Notes under the pieces: model-generated | Databases searched by the model: none | What the model saw: only the letters and a program-made list of their open reading frames with translations | What the model was told of the DNA's origin: nothing | IMG/VR virus record: IMGVR_UViG_3300023174_000036 | Coordinates: 292,313-356,312 of that record | Direction: 5' to 3' (one strand) | DNA length: 64,000 nt | In this document: piece after piece, positions 9,756 through 20,177 of the stretch | How the letters are laid out: each line of letters starts with the position of its first letter | Numbering within the stretch: the first letter of the stretch is position 1 | Made by a program: the position numbers and the translations under genes

Positions 9756-10411
9756 TAATATTTTCCTGATGCAAGTACTATCTTGCAAATATGTTCTAAT
9801 CTTTCTATGTGCTCATATGCACGCCAAGGACTAGTGTCAATAGCAACAACTCCGTGTCCTTTGATGCCTACAATGTCATAGGCAATGTTTCCCATCTTGT
9901 CTAATTGTAACATCTTATGACACTGATCCGCAAGCTCTTGACTGATAGGAGGTACATCTCCCACATTGGGTGCAACCTTGGTATAACGATTCAATTCTGG
10001 AAACGCATCGCTAATAGTGCTGAGATCGATACCGGCATGCATTGCGGCAATACAGTAAGTAGGATGAACATGTACTACTACTCGAACTTCTCCACTGTGC
10101 TGGCCCATTTCTTTTTGTAAGCCAAAATGTAATGGAATCTCACCGCTGGGTACTAGATTTTTACTGATATCGGTATACGGCAAATCTCTCCAACTATAAC
10201 CAAAGATGCCTGTGCCGTTGCCACTATTGATAGTTCTATCAATTGCAATTTTTTTGAACTGATCAGGTTGTAGAGTTTGTTTACGTACACCGCTTGGTGT
10301 AATGTAAAAGTGATCACGGTCGTGATGACGAATACTCACGTTACCATCACGACTGGTAATCCAGTTACGCTTGTAAGCGTCTACCATTATGTCACATATT
10401 GTTTCTAACAT
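9755..10411 (-). CDS. class II aldolase/adducin family protein
   Basis: DGNVS, ITPSG, PSGEIPLH, VVHVHP, GHGVVA. Confidence 0.88.
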   Translation of the reverse strand: MLETICDIMVDAYKRNWITSRDGNVSIRHHDRDHFYITPSGVRKQTLQPDQFKKIAIDRTINSGNGTGIFGYSWRDLPYTDISKNLVPSGEIPLHFGLQKEMGQHSGEVRVVVHVHPTYCIAAMHAGIDLSTISDAFPELNRYTKVAPNVGDVPPISQELADQCHKMLQLDKMGNIAYDIVGIKGHGVVAIDTSPWRAYEHIERLEHICKIVLASGKY

Positions 10412-12732
10412 TACAGTTTACAAGACTCGCAGTCTTCCTCGCTATCAAAATCTATTGGCTCCAGCATTGTAGGAGCTTCTTCTGCTTTCATCTTACTGCC
10501 TGCTTTGTTAATCAAACTATAGTAAAATGTTTTTAAACCCCACATGTGTGCTTGCATCAAATTCTTAGCAATCAATGTGGTTGGCACTTTGCGATCTGCA
10601 AAATGTGCTGGATTATAGAATGTGTTGGTGCTGATACTTTGATCCACATATGCCGCAAGCACTGCACTGGTTTTCAAATAACCGTCACAGTCTTTTTGAT
10701 CCCACATCATTTGATACTTGTTCTTGAGTTTGTGATATTCTGGTACCACTTGCACAAACGATCCTGCTTTGGATTCTTTCACACTGATCAAGCTCATTGG
10801 CATTTCGATACCGTTAGTACTGTTGATAACAACGCTTGAACTTTCTACCGGAGCGATAGCCATCAGTGTAGCATTGCGAACACCGTACTGTTTCATATTG
10901 ACTCGTAGGGTTTCCCAATCTAGTTCTGGGGTAAAGTCAGCTAGTTCATTTACACCGTTGGCTCGTAACTCCCACGGAAACGTACCCTGGCCGTATCGTG
11001 TGTGTGAGCTATGCTGACAAGCACCACGCTCTCGGGCCAACTCAACTGTTGCTTCCGTTAAGTAAAACGCTTGATGTTCCATCCATGCTTTAACGTCTTG
11101 TAATGCATCTTTTTCGCCGTAGCGTAACCCACGCTTGGCATGCCAGTAGGCAAGGTTAGTAACACCAATGCCCAATGGTTGTATTTCATCATTGCTTAAC
11201 TTAGACTGGATAGATAAGAAGTCTTGGTAATCAAGTATGTTGCATAGACTACGCTGTAAAATGCGGCAAGCACGGCGCATGTCTTCTGGATTACGGAATG
11301 CTCCCCAGTTGATCGAGCCGAGTGTGCAAAGAGCAATGCGGCCATCAGCATCATCAAGACGCTTGAAAGATTTAGTAGGTAATAGTATTTCACAGCATAA
11401 GTTACTTTGGTAAATTGTATGATACTCTGGGTCGAATGGTCCTTGTTTCATTACATTGTCAATAAACACAAGATAGATACGTCCTGTATCAGTGCGCTCT
11501 TTCAGTATGCCCGACTTGAACACTTCTTCGGCTGACATTGTTTTCTTGCGAAAACCTTTTTGTTTTTCATATTTTACGTACAATTCTTCAAACAGTTGTG
11601 TATTTGCATAAAAGGCTTCGTACAAGTCAGGTACTTCATTGGGGTCAAAGAATGTTATGTCTTCTTTGTTTTTAAATCGTCTCCAGAAGAAAGCACTAAG
11701 CACAACCCCATAATCCATATGACGGACTCGGGTTTCTTCTGTTCCTTGGTTGTTTTTAAGAACAATAAGATCATCAAACTGATGATGCCAAATAGGATAG
11801 AATACAGTAGCACTTGCATTGCGAATACCTCCTTGTGAACATGATCGCAAATCACCAAACCATTTCTTCAAGAAAGGTATCATACCAGTGTGCATGATTT
11901 CGCCGCCGCGAATCGGGGAGCCCAATGGGCGTAAGCGACCGATTTCCAATCCGATCCCCGCACGTTTACTGGCATACTTGGCCATCATTTCGCCTGACGC
12001 GAAAATACTGTCCAAATCATCATCCGAGCGAATAAGAACGCAACTACTAAATTGCTTAGTAGGCGTACCAAGCCCTGCCAACACTGGCGTGGCCAATGTA
12101 AATAGTCCGTCACTTGCGGCATTGTAATACTCCTTAATGTAACGCATACGAGCTGTATTAGGCTCTTCTTTGTGAAAGATTGTTGCTGATGCAATCATGT
12201 ACCTAATTTGTGGAGTTTCGTAAGTTTGTTTAGTACTGCGGTTTTTAACAAGATACTTTTCAATCAATTGTTCAATGGCCGCATACGAATATGTTTCGTC
12301 CTTTTCGTGATCCAACATATCGTCCATTCGATTCCAATCTTCTTCGGTATACCATTCCAGAAGTTCACTGGTATACAAACCAGTTGCTACATTTTTCTGC
12401 ACAATGGAATATAAACTGGGAACTTCATAATGACCATACACATCTTTGCGTAGCATACTCAGTCGTTGTTTGCCTGCCACATATTGATAATTAGTGTGAC
12501 CAACATCTGGATTATTTTCTACATCAATAAGGTCTACTATAGCACGGAGTGTTATACCATCAATTTCTTCTGTAGTGATTCCATCATAGAAGTGAGGCTG
12601 TGCTTTGATTTCTATCATACTCTGACTGACGTCAGCTATACCTTTACAGACTTTGGCCACCTGCGCTTGCCATTTTTCAATGGTCAACGGTTCTTTTTCA
12701 CCGTTTCTTTTTATTACTGTAATTTTATTCAT
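10411..12732 (-). CDS. nrdA: class Ia ribonucleotide reductase alpha subunit
   Basis: ATP cone VIKRNG, QFSSC, SNLCCEI, APVESSS, KTFYY, C-terminal CESC. Confidence 0.97.
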   Translation of the reverse strand: MNKITVIKRNGEKEPLTIEKWQAQVAKVCKGIADVSQSMIEIKAQPHFYDGITTEEIDGITLRAIVDLIDVENNPDVGHTNYQYVAGKQRLSMLRKDVYGHYEVPSLYSIVQKNVATGLYTSELLEWYTEEDWNRMDDMLDHEKDETYSYAAIEQLIEKYLVKNRSTKQTYETPQIRYMIASATIFHKEEPNTARMRYIKEYYNAASDGLFTLATPVLAGLGTPTKQFSSCVLIRSDDDLDSIFASGEMMAKYASKRAGIGLEIGRLRPLGSPIRGGEIMHTGMIPFLKKWFGDLRSCSQGGIRNASATVFYPIWHHQFDDLIVLKNNQGTEETRVRHMDYGVVLSAFFWRRFKNKEDITFFDPNEVPDLYEAFYANTQLFEELYVKYEKQKGFRKKTMSAEEVFKSGILKERTDTGRIYLVFIDNVMKQGPFDPEYHTIYQSNLCCEILLPTKSFKRLDDADGRIALCTLGSINWGAFRNPEDMRRACRILQRSLCNILDYQDFLSIQSKLSNDEIQPLGIGVTNLAYWHAKRGLRYGEKDALQDVKAWMEHQAFYLTEATVELARERGACQHSSHTRYGQGTFPWELRANGVNELADFTPELDWETLRVNMKQYGVRNATLMAIAPVESSSVVINSTNGIEMPMSLISVKESKAGSFVQVVPEYHKLKNKYQMMWDQKDCDGYLKTSAVLAAYVDQSISTNTFYNPAHFADRKVPTTLIAKNLMQAHMWGLKTFYYSLINKAGSKMKAEEAPTMLEPIDFDSEEDCESCKL

Positions 12733-12949
12733 TATTGTCGAAACCTAACATTCATCTTGTAATTAACCTTACGAGGAAGTATTTAGTGAGAAAATCTTAT
12801 TCGAATATTCTTCTTCGTATACACCGTTTTATGGGTGTTTTAAGGCACTAACAAAATGACATTGGGCTAGAAAAGTCCTTATCATTAGCGTAAACTAAAT
12901 TATATACGCATTTTTTAAACTTGTCTAGCCCAACGGCGGAAATATTTGA

Positions 12950-14863
12950 TTATAGGTAGCTGGAATAAGAATAGTTAAAATAACCCTGATCAGTTTGGTT
13001 ACCCCAAGCAAGATTGGTGTAATAAATTCCAATTGATGTTGGTACTTGTCCTGGTGCGCCCGTGAATACAACACCGGCAGCATCAATAAACTGAGCTTTG
13101 AAATCCAATAACATTTGGTTATTACCAGACGGGTCAGTGCCAGCAAAGTTATAGTCATCACTCAACTGTAATTTGGCATTTAGAACATCAGCCACTATTT
13201 GAATAGTGCCTTGTCTAGTGAAATTTTGTGCTGTGCTTTTATAAAAATATTTGATAGTGTGTGTAATACTTTCTGTGGGAACTCCAAATGCATCAGTTGA
13301 ACATGGCAATCTAAAAGCCAAGTCAGCAGTGGTTCGATAACCTAAAATAATTTTATTAAACATTTGAGGAGCGTAACTACCATGTCCAGCAAACTCAGGC
13401 ACATACTGAGTAGTCAGCACCAAAGAAGTTGCCATCTCAATGTGTCTATCAGATATATCATTCACACTGCCGTTGCCATATGTGGCAAAATATATTTGCG
13501 GATATCGGGCGCTGAGACTACTGGTGCCACCGTCATTGCCTACATTTTTGTATATGCAATTTCTAGTGGTATTGTTAGTGCCAAGACCTAGATACACTGC
13601 ATGTCTTTTAATGTTGTTGAATCTGCAATTGGTAATATTGGTGTTGCGCGGTCCGTACTGTTGTCCCACGGTCTGTCCATCGGCACCTTCTCCAAACACA
13701 AAACTTTGATAACCGTTATCAAAGAAACAGTTTTCAAAATCGTTATCAATTATGTCTTGTTTTGCGTATACTGCGTATGTAAAGTTTGTAAATCGAATAT
13801 TTTTAAACAAGTTAGCAGAGCAAGTGACCAAACTGCTAAAACTGTTCAATGCAATACCAACGTTTTTAGTATTGGTTACTCCGCCCCAATCGCCTTGTAA
13901 ATTTAAATCCGTAAACTTACTGTCTTTGACACAGTTCAAAGTCAAACATCCGTTTTTACCAGTAGGTGCATGAATAGTCATGCCTTCTAATTCAATGTTA
14001 CGTGGTTGATTACTGTTGGTGGTTGATGAGATGATGGACGGATTTCCAACTGTTGATGTATCATTAACAAACTCTATGGCAGACTTGGTCAATGTAACAG
14101 TAAATGTTATGGCAGTTTGTGTGACTGTGGCGTTGGCGCTCAGCGTTACACTAACGTTGGGAACAACACTAACAATAGTAGCTCCAGCAGGAATTCCGTT
14201 GCCGGTTATCAATGCACCGACCATACGTGCATTTGCTCCGCTGGTAGTTAATAAAGACTGTCCATTAGTAGTTGCACCTGTAACAGTAGATACTGGATTA
14301 TAATATATGAAAGTCTTATCGGCGCCTGCACCTACTATGCTTGCATATGCCGGAACATATAATGTAGACGATATGTTATATACACCAGGTTGTAGTACCA
14401 ATGTTACTCTAGTTCGTTTGGCAATAACCGATGTACCTGACGATTTGGTAGTGGGATTTAAAAATAACTGATTGATAGCACGTTGTAGTGTAACAGTATC
14501 GTCCGCAACTCCATTGCCAGTTACACCAAAATCGTAAGCTGAAACAACATCATCTAATTTGTCTTGTAGTAATCGTGTAGTGGGATTATTGGCTGTGGGA
14601 CCAGTAGTTATGCTGGAATCGGTAGCATGATAAATGTGTTTGATAGTGTTAAGAATGTTGAATTGTGTTTCAAGATCCTTTTGCGTAAGAATTTTTGTAT
14701 TTCCTACTGCCGGACTGCCTTCGCTGACAGCTCCGTTGCCAATGTACAATTCCTGACTATCAATGGCCCACGCCATTTCGCCCGATGCCAATTGAGGTAG
14801 CCCAGTACCACTATTAATTTTACCGCGTCGAACTTGAATTCGACTAATTTGAACCACAGCCAT
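12950..14863 (-). CDS. virion structural protein with beta-helix (pectate-lyase-like) region
   Basis: MAVVQISRIQVRRG..LPQLASGEMAW, DFGVTGNGVADDT..LQRAI, repeated NCxF strands. Confidence 0.75.
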   Translation of the reverse strand: MAVVQISRIQVRRGKINSGTGLPQLASGEMAWAIDSQELYIGNGAVSEGSPAVGNTKILTQKDLETQFNILNTIKHIYHATDSSITTGPTANNPTTRLLQDKLDDVVSAYDFGVTGNGVADDTVTLQRAINQLFLNPTTKSSGTSVIAKRTRVTLVLQPGVYNISSTLYVPAYASIVGAGADKTFIYYNPVSTVTGATTNGQSLLTTSGANARMVGALITGNGIPAGATIVSVVPNVSVTLSANATVTQTAITFTVTLTKSAIEFVNDTSTVGNPSIISSTTNSNQPRNIELEGMTIHAPTGKNGCLTLNCVKDSKFTDLNLQGDWGGVTNTKNVGIALNSFSSLVTCSANLFKNIRFTNFTYAVYAKQDIIDNDFENCFFDNGYQSFVFGEGADGQTVGQQYGPRNTNITNCRFNNIKRHAVYLGLGTNNTTRNCIYKNVGNDGGTSSLSARYPQIYFATYGNGSVNDISDRHIEMATSLVLTTQYVPEFAGHGSYAPQMFNKIILGYRTTADLAFRLPCSTDAFGVPTESITHTIKYFYKSTAQNFTRQGTIQIVADVLNAKLQLSDDYNFAGTDPSGNNQMLLDFKAQFIDAAGVVFTGAPGQVPTSIGIYYTNLAWGNQTDQGYFNYSYSSYL

Positions 14864-14890
14864 GAGAATATCCTCTATATAGGATATTTA

Positions 14891-15607
14891 TCAGTTTTCT
14901 CTGTAGTACTGCTCCACCCTATTCCACCACTGCTTTTCCCAGTGAGCAAACATGTCTGGGGTAAGAATAAACTCCTGATAAGCCGGTTCTCCCCAAACCA
15001 TAGGTGTAATTTCGGGAGGTTTTACGCACATGAATACTACACCTTTGCGAATGTTGGTCTTATGTACTTCGTTATGAGCCAGCGCATAAGCCACCATTTG
15101 CAAGTAATAGTCTTCAATCCACTCTTCTTTTTTGGGTTTGTTGGTTTGTTTATGGTCCATGATTGCACCCTCATTCAAATGAAGTCCTACACAATCAGTA
15201 GTTCCCGCATATAAACCTGGATAATACAAACCAACTTCAACACCCCACACTTCGTTAACGTTTTTAAGTCCATGTTCGATAATGTGTTTGGCCATCTTGT
15301 GACTTTGCACACTGTATGGATTTGATCCTGGATCGTTGAGTGTGCCTTGCACAATGTAATCTTCCAAATACTTGTGCATACGTGTACCGCGGCTGGCAGC
15401 TTCGGTAACAATCTCAGTGGCTTTCTTTTCGCCCACAGATCGCCGCCATGCTTGTAAGGCGGCAACTTTTTCTGCTGGTTTGGTTTTGTCTAGTATTGTT
15501 GTAACGGATGGCAGTTTGCCACCGTCTGGCGTGGCGTATAAACGCTTGCCTTCTACACTTTCTCTGTTTAGGGGAGTGTAGTCATATCTTTCAGTTAATA
15601 AGGTCAT
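14891..15607 (-). CDS. PD-(D/E)XK exonuclease (Cas4/MGME1-like)
   Basis: LPSVTTIL, RGTRMH, YAGTTD, DHKQT, YYLQMVAYA. Confidence 0.85.
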   Translation of the reverse strand: MTLLTERYDYTPLNRESVEGKRLYATPDGGKLPSVTTILDKTKPAEKVAALQAWRRSVGEKKATEIVTEAASRGTRMHKYLEDYIVQGTLNDPGSNPYSVQSHKMAKHIIEHGLKNVNEVWGVEVGLYYPGLYAGTTDCVGLHLNEGAIMDHKQTNKPKKEEWIEDYYLQMVAYALAHNEVHKTNIRKGVVFMCVKPPEITPMVWGEPAYQEFILTPDMFAHWEKQWWNRVEQYYREN

Positions 15608-15644
15608 ACAGTATGTTAAACTATATGACCTTATTTGTCAATGC

Positions 15645-15997
15645 TTATTTGCCTAATTTGGTTGCACGTTTTGCCATTTTCTCAACTTCGCCGGTTTTTT
15701 CTCCGCCTTGTTGTTGTCTGTTTTGTTGATTATTGGTTTTTAACACAATGCCTTGACCATCAAATCGATCAATGAACTTTTTCAGTAATGGGCCTTCTTG
15801 TGGATCATCCCAACGGGCAACAAATGCATCATATGCTTCAGCATCACTGTCACCCAGTGTGGGCATGTCTCTATTGGCCAATTCAGTGTTTAATGTATCC
15901 CATCGAAGATTGCCTTCGATTCCGTTAGGGCCTTGATTGTTTGCGTCTGATTGAAGAACCCAAAGAATACGTTCTAAGGGTTCTATGTTCTCAATTA
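15645..15997 (-). CDS. probable -1 frameshift extension of the 15995-16990 protein (ORF track: 15645-15881)
   Basis: Open frame from the A10 run (15998-16007) with no canonical start codon until 15881. Confidence 0.65.
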
Positions 15998-16990
15998 TTT
16001 TTTTTTTGAAGCTAACAACATGCCCAACTTGCGGCTATAGTCAATGCTTTCACGCTTCTCACGACCCACTTCAGGTGCTGGAGGAGTTTCTTCTGCTGGT
16101 GCGGCGCCTGACATGTCAGCGGCCATGCCTGCCATTGCATCACCTCCCATGGAAGGCAATCCGCCTGTTGGTGCAGGTGCGCCCATTGTTGGTGCTTCAC
16201 CGCCTGATACTAAAGATAAGCCTGTTGATAGACCGGTTCTTGAAGTTTCTAATGCTGTGTATACTGCCTCTAATGCAGGTTTAACTGCATCTTGATATTG
16301 TTGTGCAACATCACTTCCTTGAGTTTCTCTTATAGAGTCCATTAGTTCAAGCAATTGTTCTGCTTTCATTGCGGCCACATCTTCTAGCCAGCCTGTAATA
16401 CGGTCTACCATGTCTTTTGTAGCCATGATGATTTCGGCCTTGTCTTCTTCGCCTTCAGCAAGAATATAACTTGCTTGTGATTCTGTTAAGTCGTAACGAA
16501 TTGATAATTCTGCTTTGAGTTCTGCGTTGTCGCTTTCGCCCAATGTCATTCGTTGAATTGCACTGTTGATCCAATTTGATGGAACTGAAAACCCTTTAGC
16601 ACGTTGTCCAATAATGGTTGCTTTGTATTGGTTAACACTTTCATTTTTCTTTTGTTTTTTCATTGTTTCTTCTTCGTCTTGTGATTCATCAAGATCGCAC
16701 TCACATGGCGCTTTGTGGCAATCACTGCATTTGCCTTCTTCGCGTTCCATGATTTCTTGATTGATAACATCAAGCAAAGCACGAGTCTTTTGATAAGCTG
16801 GACTTCCACTCAATGAGTCAAAACTTTCATTCATTTCGAGTTGGCTCATTTCAGTGCGTAGTTTGTTTTGCACGTCTGAAAGCTGAACATCGTTGAATTG
16901 TTCCAGTTTCAATTTGTATCCAAAGTTCTTAGCTAGACTTTCGTTGAGTCTTTTGCTAGTAACAGGTTTTGATAGTTCTCTAATTTGCAT
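15995..16990 (-). CDS. probable head-internal/scaffold-like protein
   Basis: Helical and acidic, many L/M-x-E sites, MQIREL N-terminus, late promoter. Confidence 0.6.
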   Translation of the reverse strand: MQIRELSKPVTSKRLNESLAKNFGYKLKLEQFNDVQLSDVQNKLRTEMSQLEMNESFDSLSGSPAYQKTRALLDVINQEIMEREEGKCSDCHKAPCECDLDESQDEEETMKKQKKNESVNQYKATIIGQRAKGFSVPSNWINSAIQRMTLGESDNAELKAELSIRYDLTESQASYILAEGEEDKAEIIMATKDMVDRITGWLEDVAAMKAEQLLELMDSIRETQGSDVAQQYQDAVKPALEAVYTALETSRTGLSTGLSLVSGGEAPTMGAPAPTGGLPSMGGDAMAGMAADMSGAAPAEETPPAPEVGREKRESIDYSRKLGMLLASKKK

Positions 16991-17029
16991 GATGGCGTCC
17001 TAAGATATCTTATTGTGTATTTATACTTT

Positions 17030-17485
17030 TCAGCTGGCGAAAGTCCATTTAAAAGACTGTGATATTTGATTCTTGTAATGATCCGACCTATCCTGACTGT
17101 ATTCCAACTTATTTAACAATATCAAATACCTATCATAATCAATAGACTTCTTGGCAATGTTGTTTTTGAATACTAGTGTATCACAATAATGCGTCCAATA
17201 GTGCCTATCCAACTGCTTGATACTGTTGAATTTATTAAGGTCTAATCGATGATATGCTTTTGCGGCCATAAGAGCACAGGTTTTGAGATAAAACTGTTCT
17301 ATGAATGGCCCGGATTTGTAATGTAGTGCCCAGTTTTTAAATTTGTCTAATTTAATTACAAATTCTTTATAAACAATGTCGCCGTTAGGCTGTATGCTTA
17401 TAGGCAGAGTTTTTGCAAGGTCTACTTCAAACTGTCCAGCAAGTTCTTTGATAAATTTAGGTTTGGGTTTATTTGATTTTTTCAT
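17030..17485 (-). CDS. hypothetical protein
   Basis: About 150-aa ORF in operon. Confidence 0.65.
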   Translation of the reverse strand: MKKSNKPKPKFIKELAGQFEVDLAKTLPISIQPNGDIVYKEFVIKLDKFKNWALHYKSGPFIEQFYLKTCALMAAKAYHRLDLNKFNSIKQLDRHYWTHYCDTLVFKNNIAKKSIDYDRYLILLNKLEYSQDRSDHYKNQISQSFKWTFAS

Positions 17486-17723
17486 TTGCAACTACACTAG
17501 GATCGTTCATTCCTATTTTAGTTATCAAACTCTTGCGTATCATGACCTGAACTTTGAATTGATCTTGCTCACTCAGCTGACTGAGTTTAACTGGTTGTTT
17601 TAAACGTGCTAAGAGTTTAGCTTCTTCACGGGTAGTCCAAATATCAAATCCGTCAAGGATATTGTATATTTTTTCGTTCTTTGGACTGTGTTCGTAGCCG
17701 TCTAAAAGTTCGCTTATTTTCAT
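17469..17723 (-). CDS. hypothetical protein with MKISEL leader
   Basis: ORF with ATGA overlap. Confidence 0.65.
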   Translation of the reverse strand: MKISELLDGYEHSPKNEKIYNILDGFDIWTTREEAKLLARLKQPVKLSQLSEQDQFKVQVMIRKSLITKIGMNDPSVVANEKIK

Positions 17724-18526
17724 CTTAAGCCTGCGATAGTTCTCATTTTTTCTAGTAACTCATCATCAGCTTGTTTGGCCGCAGTGTCTGCACTTGGCGT
17801 CACCGGCTTAATAGATTGTGGTCTATCCGATGGTTGCTGACTTGTTGGCATATTGTCTGCTTGAGCCGCTAGTGATTTTAAGTCGTCAATCATTTTTAAA
17901 AATTCTGGATCATTAAAAACCTGAGACATTTTTTGCATAGTCAACACTATATCAACATTACCATGCCCGTCTGGAACTATGAATTTCTTTGCAGATTCCA
18001 TATCAGCTGGACTTAGATCCGTATCGTTTTCACGTGCTGTTTGTGCCAACCCTGCCATAAACTCTTCAGGAGTCATACTGAAACTGTCGTCTTGATCTTC
18101 GTAATTATAACTGCCTGTCACATGTGGTTTCACACTGACATCTTTGATAAAGTCATCAGTAGGATCTCCGCCGATATCTTCTGCGGCCGCAAGTTCAACA
18201 TTCGCTCCTATTGCCGGACCCATTGGTTTATTAGGATCTTGATTGGCATCAGCTACTGCATCGGGATTCAAAGTAAACTTGTTAGGGTCAGTGGGATCAG
18301 CCATGACAGACGCTACTTTCTCTGGAGGCAGTATGAGTTGTGTGCCGTCTGGTTTGGCCAAAGTCAAACCAGTGTTGGGGTCGTTTTGTGTAACTTTGTA
18401 TGCTTCACCATCTTCGTTGACATCAGCTTGAGGCATGCCGGGTTTGGTAGTTTGTTGTTGTGGCTTTTTGGTATAGAGCTTGGCTCTGTGGCCTTTTTTA
18501 TGTTCTACAATATCTTTAATCTTCAT
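17720..18526 (-). CDS. acidic probable head-internal protein
   Basis: MKIKDIVE leader; C-terminal LEKMRTIAGL. Confidence 0.6.
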   Translation of the reverse strand: MKIKDIVEHKKGHRAKLYTKKPQQQTTKPGMPQADVNEDGEAYKVTQNDPNTGLTLAKPDGTQLILPPEKVASVMADPTDPNKFTLNPDAVADANQDPNKPMGPAIGANVELAAAEDIGGDPTDDFIKDVSVKPHVTGSYNYEDQDDSFSMTPEEFMAGLAQTARENDTDLSPADMESAKKFIVPDGHGNVDIVLTMQKMSQVFNDPEFLKMIDDLKSLAAQADNMPTSQQPSDRPQSIKPVTPSADTAAKQADDELLEKMRTIAGLR

Positions 18527-19223
18527 CTTGTTCCCCGAGGCTTAGTTGTTTGCTTTGTAAGTGATCAATGCGTTTGCGCAATTTGTCTATCTGTCCCCTG
18601 GAACGCAATAGCTTAAATGCCAAATTCTCAATGCTGTATTCGCCGCCAGATTCTAATCCAGCTTTGCGTAAACGATAGATGTGATCCATTGTTTCTTCAG
18701 CAGTATTTAAGTCATTTGACCGTAGAGATTGGTTTATCTTTCCTGCGTAGTTGCGGGCTTTCTTTTTGATTTCTTTAGGATCTACATCAGGAGTAAGTTC
18801 TTTAGGCTCACTCAGCCATTTGCTGTCTAATACACTATAAATGCCTGCGCTATGATGTGGCTCTGCGGCATCTTGCACATACACTTCTACAGGTATATCT
18901 TTAAGTGTAATTCGGTATTGGCTGTTGTACTGATTTTTCTTAGCATTGAACAGCTCCTTGAGATCTGGATGATCCTTGGGCATGTTGGCTATCAAGTGTA
19001 GATCTATGTCGCTGTGCTTGCTGTAACCAAAGCTGGCATTGCTGCCGCTGATGGTAATGTCAGTAAGATCCAAATTGGGTATGTTGATGTAGTCTATAAA
19101 GTGCTTGGCAATTTGTAGCAGTTTATAACGGATTTCCAGTTTGAGTTCGGTGCCGTCCCACAGGCTGGGGTTTAGCTTGTTGTGCGTGGGTGCAAATTCT
19201 GATTGAGTTTCTTGAGCATACAT
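18516..19223 (-). CDS. Pol-beta superfamily nucleotidyltransferase
   Basis: ISGSNASFGYSKHSDIDLH, VEVYVQD, GEYSIENLAFKLLR. Confidence 0.8.
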   Translation of the reverse strand: MYAQETQSEFAPTHNKLNPSLWDGTELKLEIRYKLLQIAKHFIDYINIPNLDLTDITISGSNASFGYSKHSDIDLHLIANMPKDHPDLKELFNAKKNQYNSQYRITLKDIPVEVYVQDAAEPHHSAGIYSVLDSKWLSEPKELTPDVDPKEIKKKARNYAGKINQSLRSNDLNTAEETMDHIYRLRKAGLESGGEYSIENLAFKLLRSRGQIDKLRKRIDHLQSKQLSLGEQDED

Positions 19224-19242
19224 GGTACTGTATTTAACAGAA

Positions 19243-19590
19243 TCACAAGCCTAGGAACTTTAATACATGTGGAAAATTAATAGCGTTGATCCAACCAGCA
19301 CCTGCGGCAAATGCCAAACCTACCATGGCATACATGGTGTATTTGTTTTTGATCTTTTCTAAGCTGGTGATTTTGTCAGCTAGTTCTGCATGTTGCGTGT
19401 TACTGGCTGTGGCCATTTCACACAGTTTTGTGTCTAGCAAATCACGAGTGTTGTCTAGACAGTCGTGCATTTCTTTGACGCCTACTTTGAGTTCGTCAAG
19501 TTTTTCTTCTATTTGATGTACTTTGGTTTCAACTACTGCTACACGCTCTGGTAACAGTGCTAACTGTGCTACTGCTTCTTTTGTGGCCAT
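19243..19590 (-). CDS. coiled-coil protein with C-terminal TM helix (holin/XhlA-like)
   Basis: Heptads followed by MYAMVGLAFAAGAGWI. Confidence 0.55.
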   Translation of the reverse strand: MATKEAVAQLALLPERVAVVETKVHQIEEKLDELKVGVKEMHDCLDNTRDLLDTKLCEMATASNTQHAELADKITSLEKIKNKYTMYAMVGLAFAAGAGWINAINFPHVLKFLGL

Positions 19591-19700
19591 TATTAGGCTT
19601 CTCCAATGTTATAAGTCAGGGACTCGCTCCGAGTCATGTGCCTAGTGTATGATTGAATGCCTAAGTGTTTACGTGGATAAATTGCCTACAATGTTATTTA

Positions 19701-20102
19701 TTACTTTTGATGAAAAACAATGTTTTTGTTTTGGCCTTCGGTGACAAACACAGCAAAACGTTGTTCCATGAGTTCGTCAAGACCTGATATGTAGGGCACA
19801 CCGTTGAAATCGTCTTTGAGATATCCTACTGCGTCATCATCTTTCTGATATAAGAAATCACGCTCTGTACTGAAATCAAAACGCCACACTTTGACAACGT
19901 CTTCCATGTCAAATCCTATTACAGTACCTTTGACTGTGGTTGCTATGGGTTTTTGCACATACGAAATGTTAGCTCGCATGCCAAGTGTTTGTACTACTGA
20001 ACTAAAATTTTGTTCTTTCCAACGTAAGGATTCTTTACCAGCTTCATGACGATATTGTCCTGTGCTGGTTATGTCTATCAATGTGTATAGTTTATATTCC
20101 AT
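19701..20102 (-). CDS. hypothetical late protein
   Basis: YTLIDITSTG N-terminus; TAAATA 4 nt before ATG. Confidence 0.65.
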   Translation of the reverse strand: MEYKLYTLIDITSTGQYRHEAGKESLRWKEQNFSSVVQTLGMRANISYVQKPIATTVKGTVIGFDMEDVVKVWRFDFSTERDFLYQKDDDAVGYLKDDFNGVPYISGLDELMEQRFAVFVTEGQNKNIVFHQK

Positions 20103-20119
20103 GCAGTATTTAACAGTCG

Positions 20120-20147
20120 TAAAAAAGCCTACTATAAAAGTAGGCTT
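20120..20147 (-). terminator. intrinsic terminator
   Basis: AAGCCTACT/AGTAGGCTT hairpin plus U-tract on the minus strand. Confidence 0.7.
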
Positions 20148-20177
20148 AGTCTTCCCATCCCTGAGAATTAAAACAAA

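Noticed and set aside
14891-15607. Cas4 as part of a CRISPR system
   Set aside because: Stand-alone PD-(D/E)XK exonuclease common in phages; lacks the four-Cys cluster and cas neighbours
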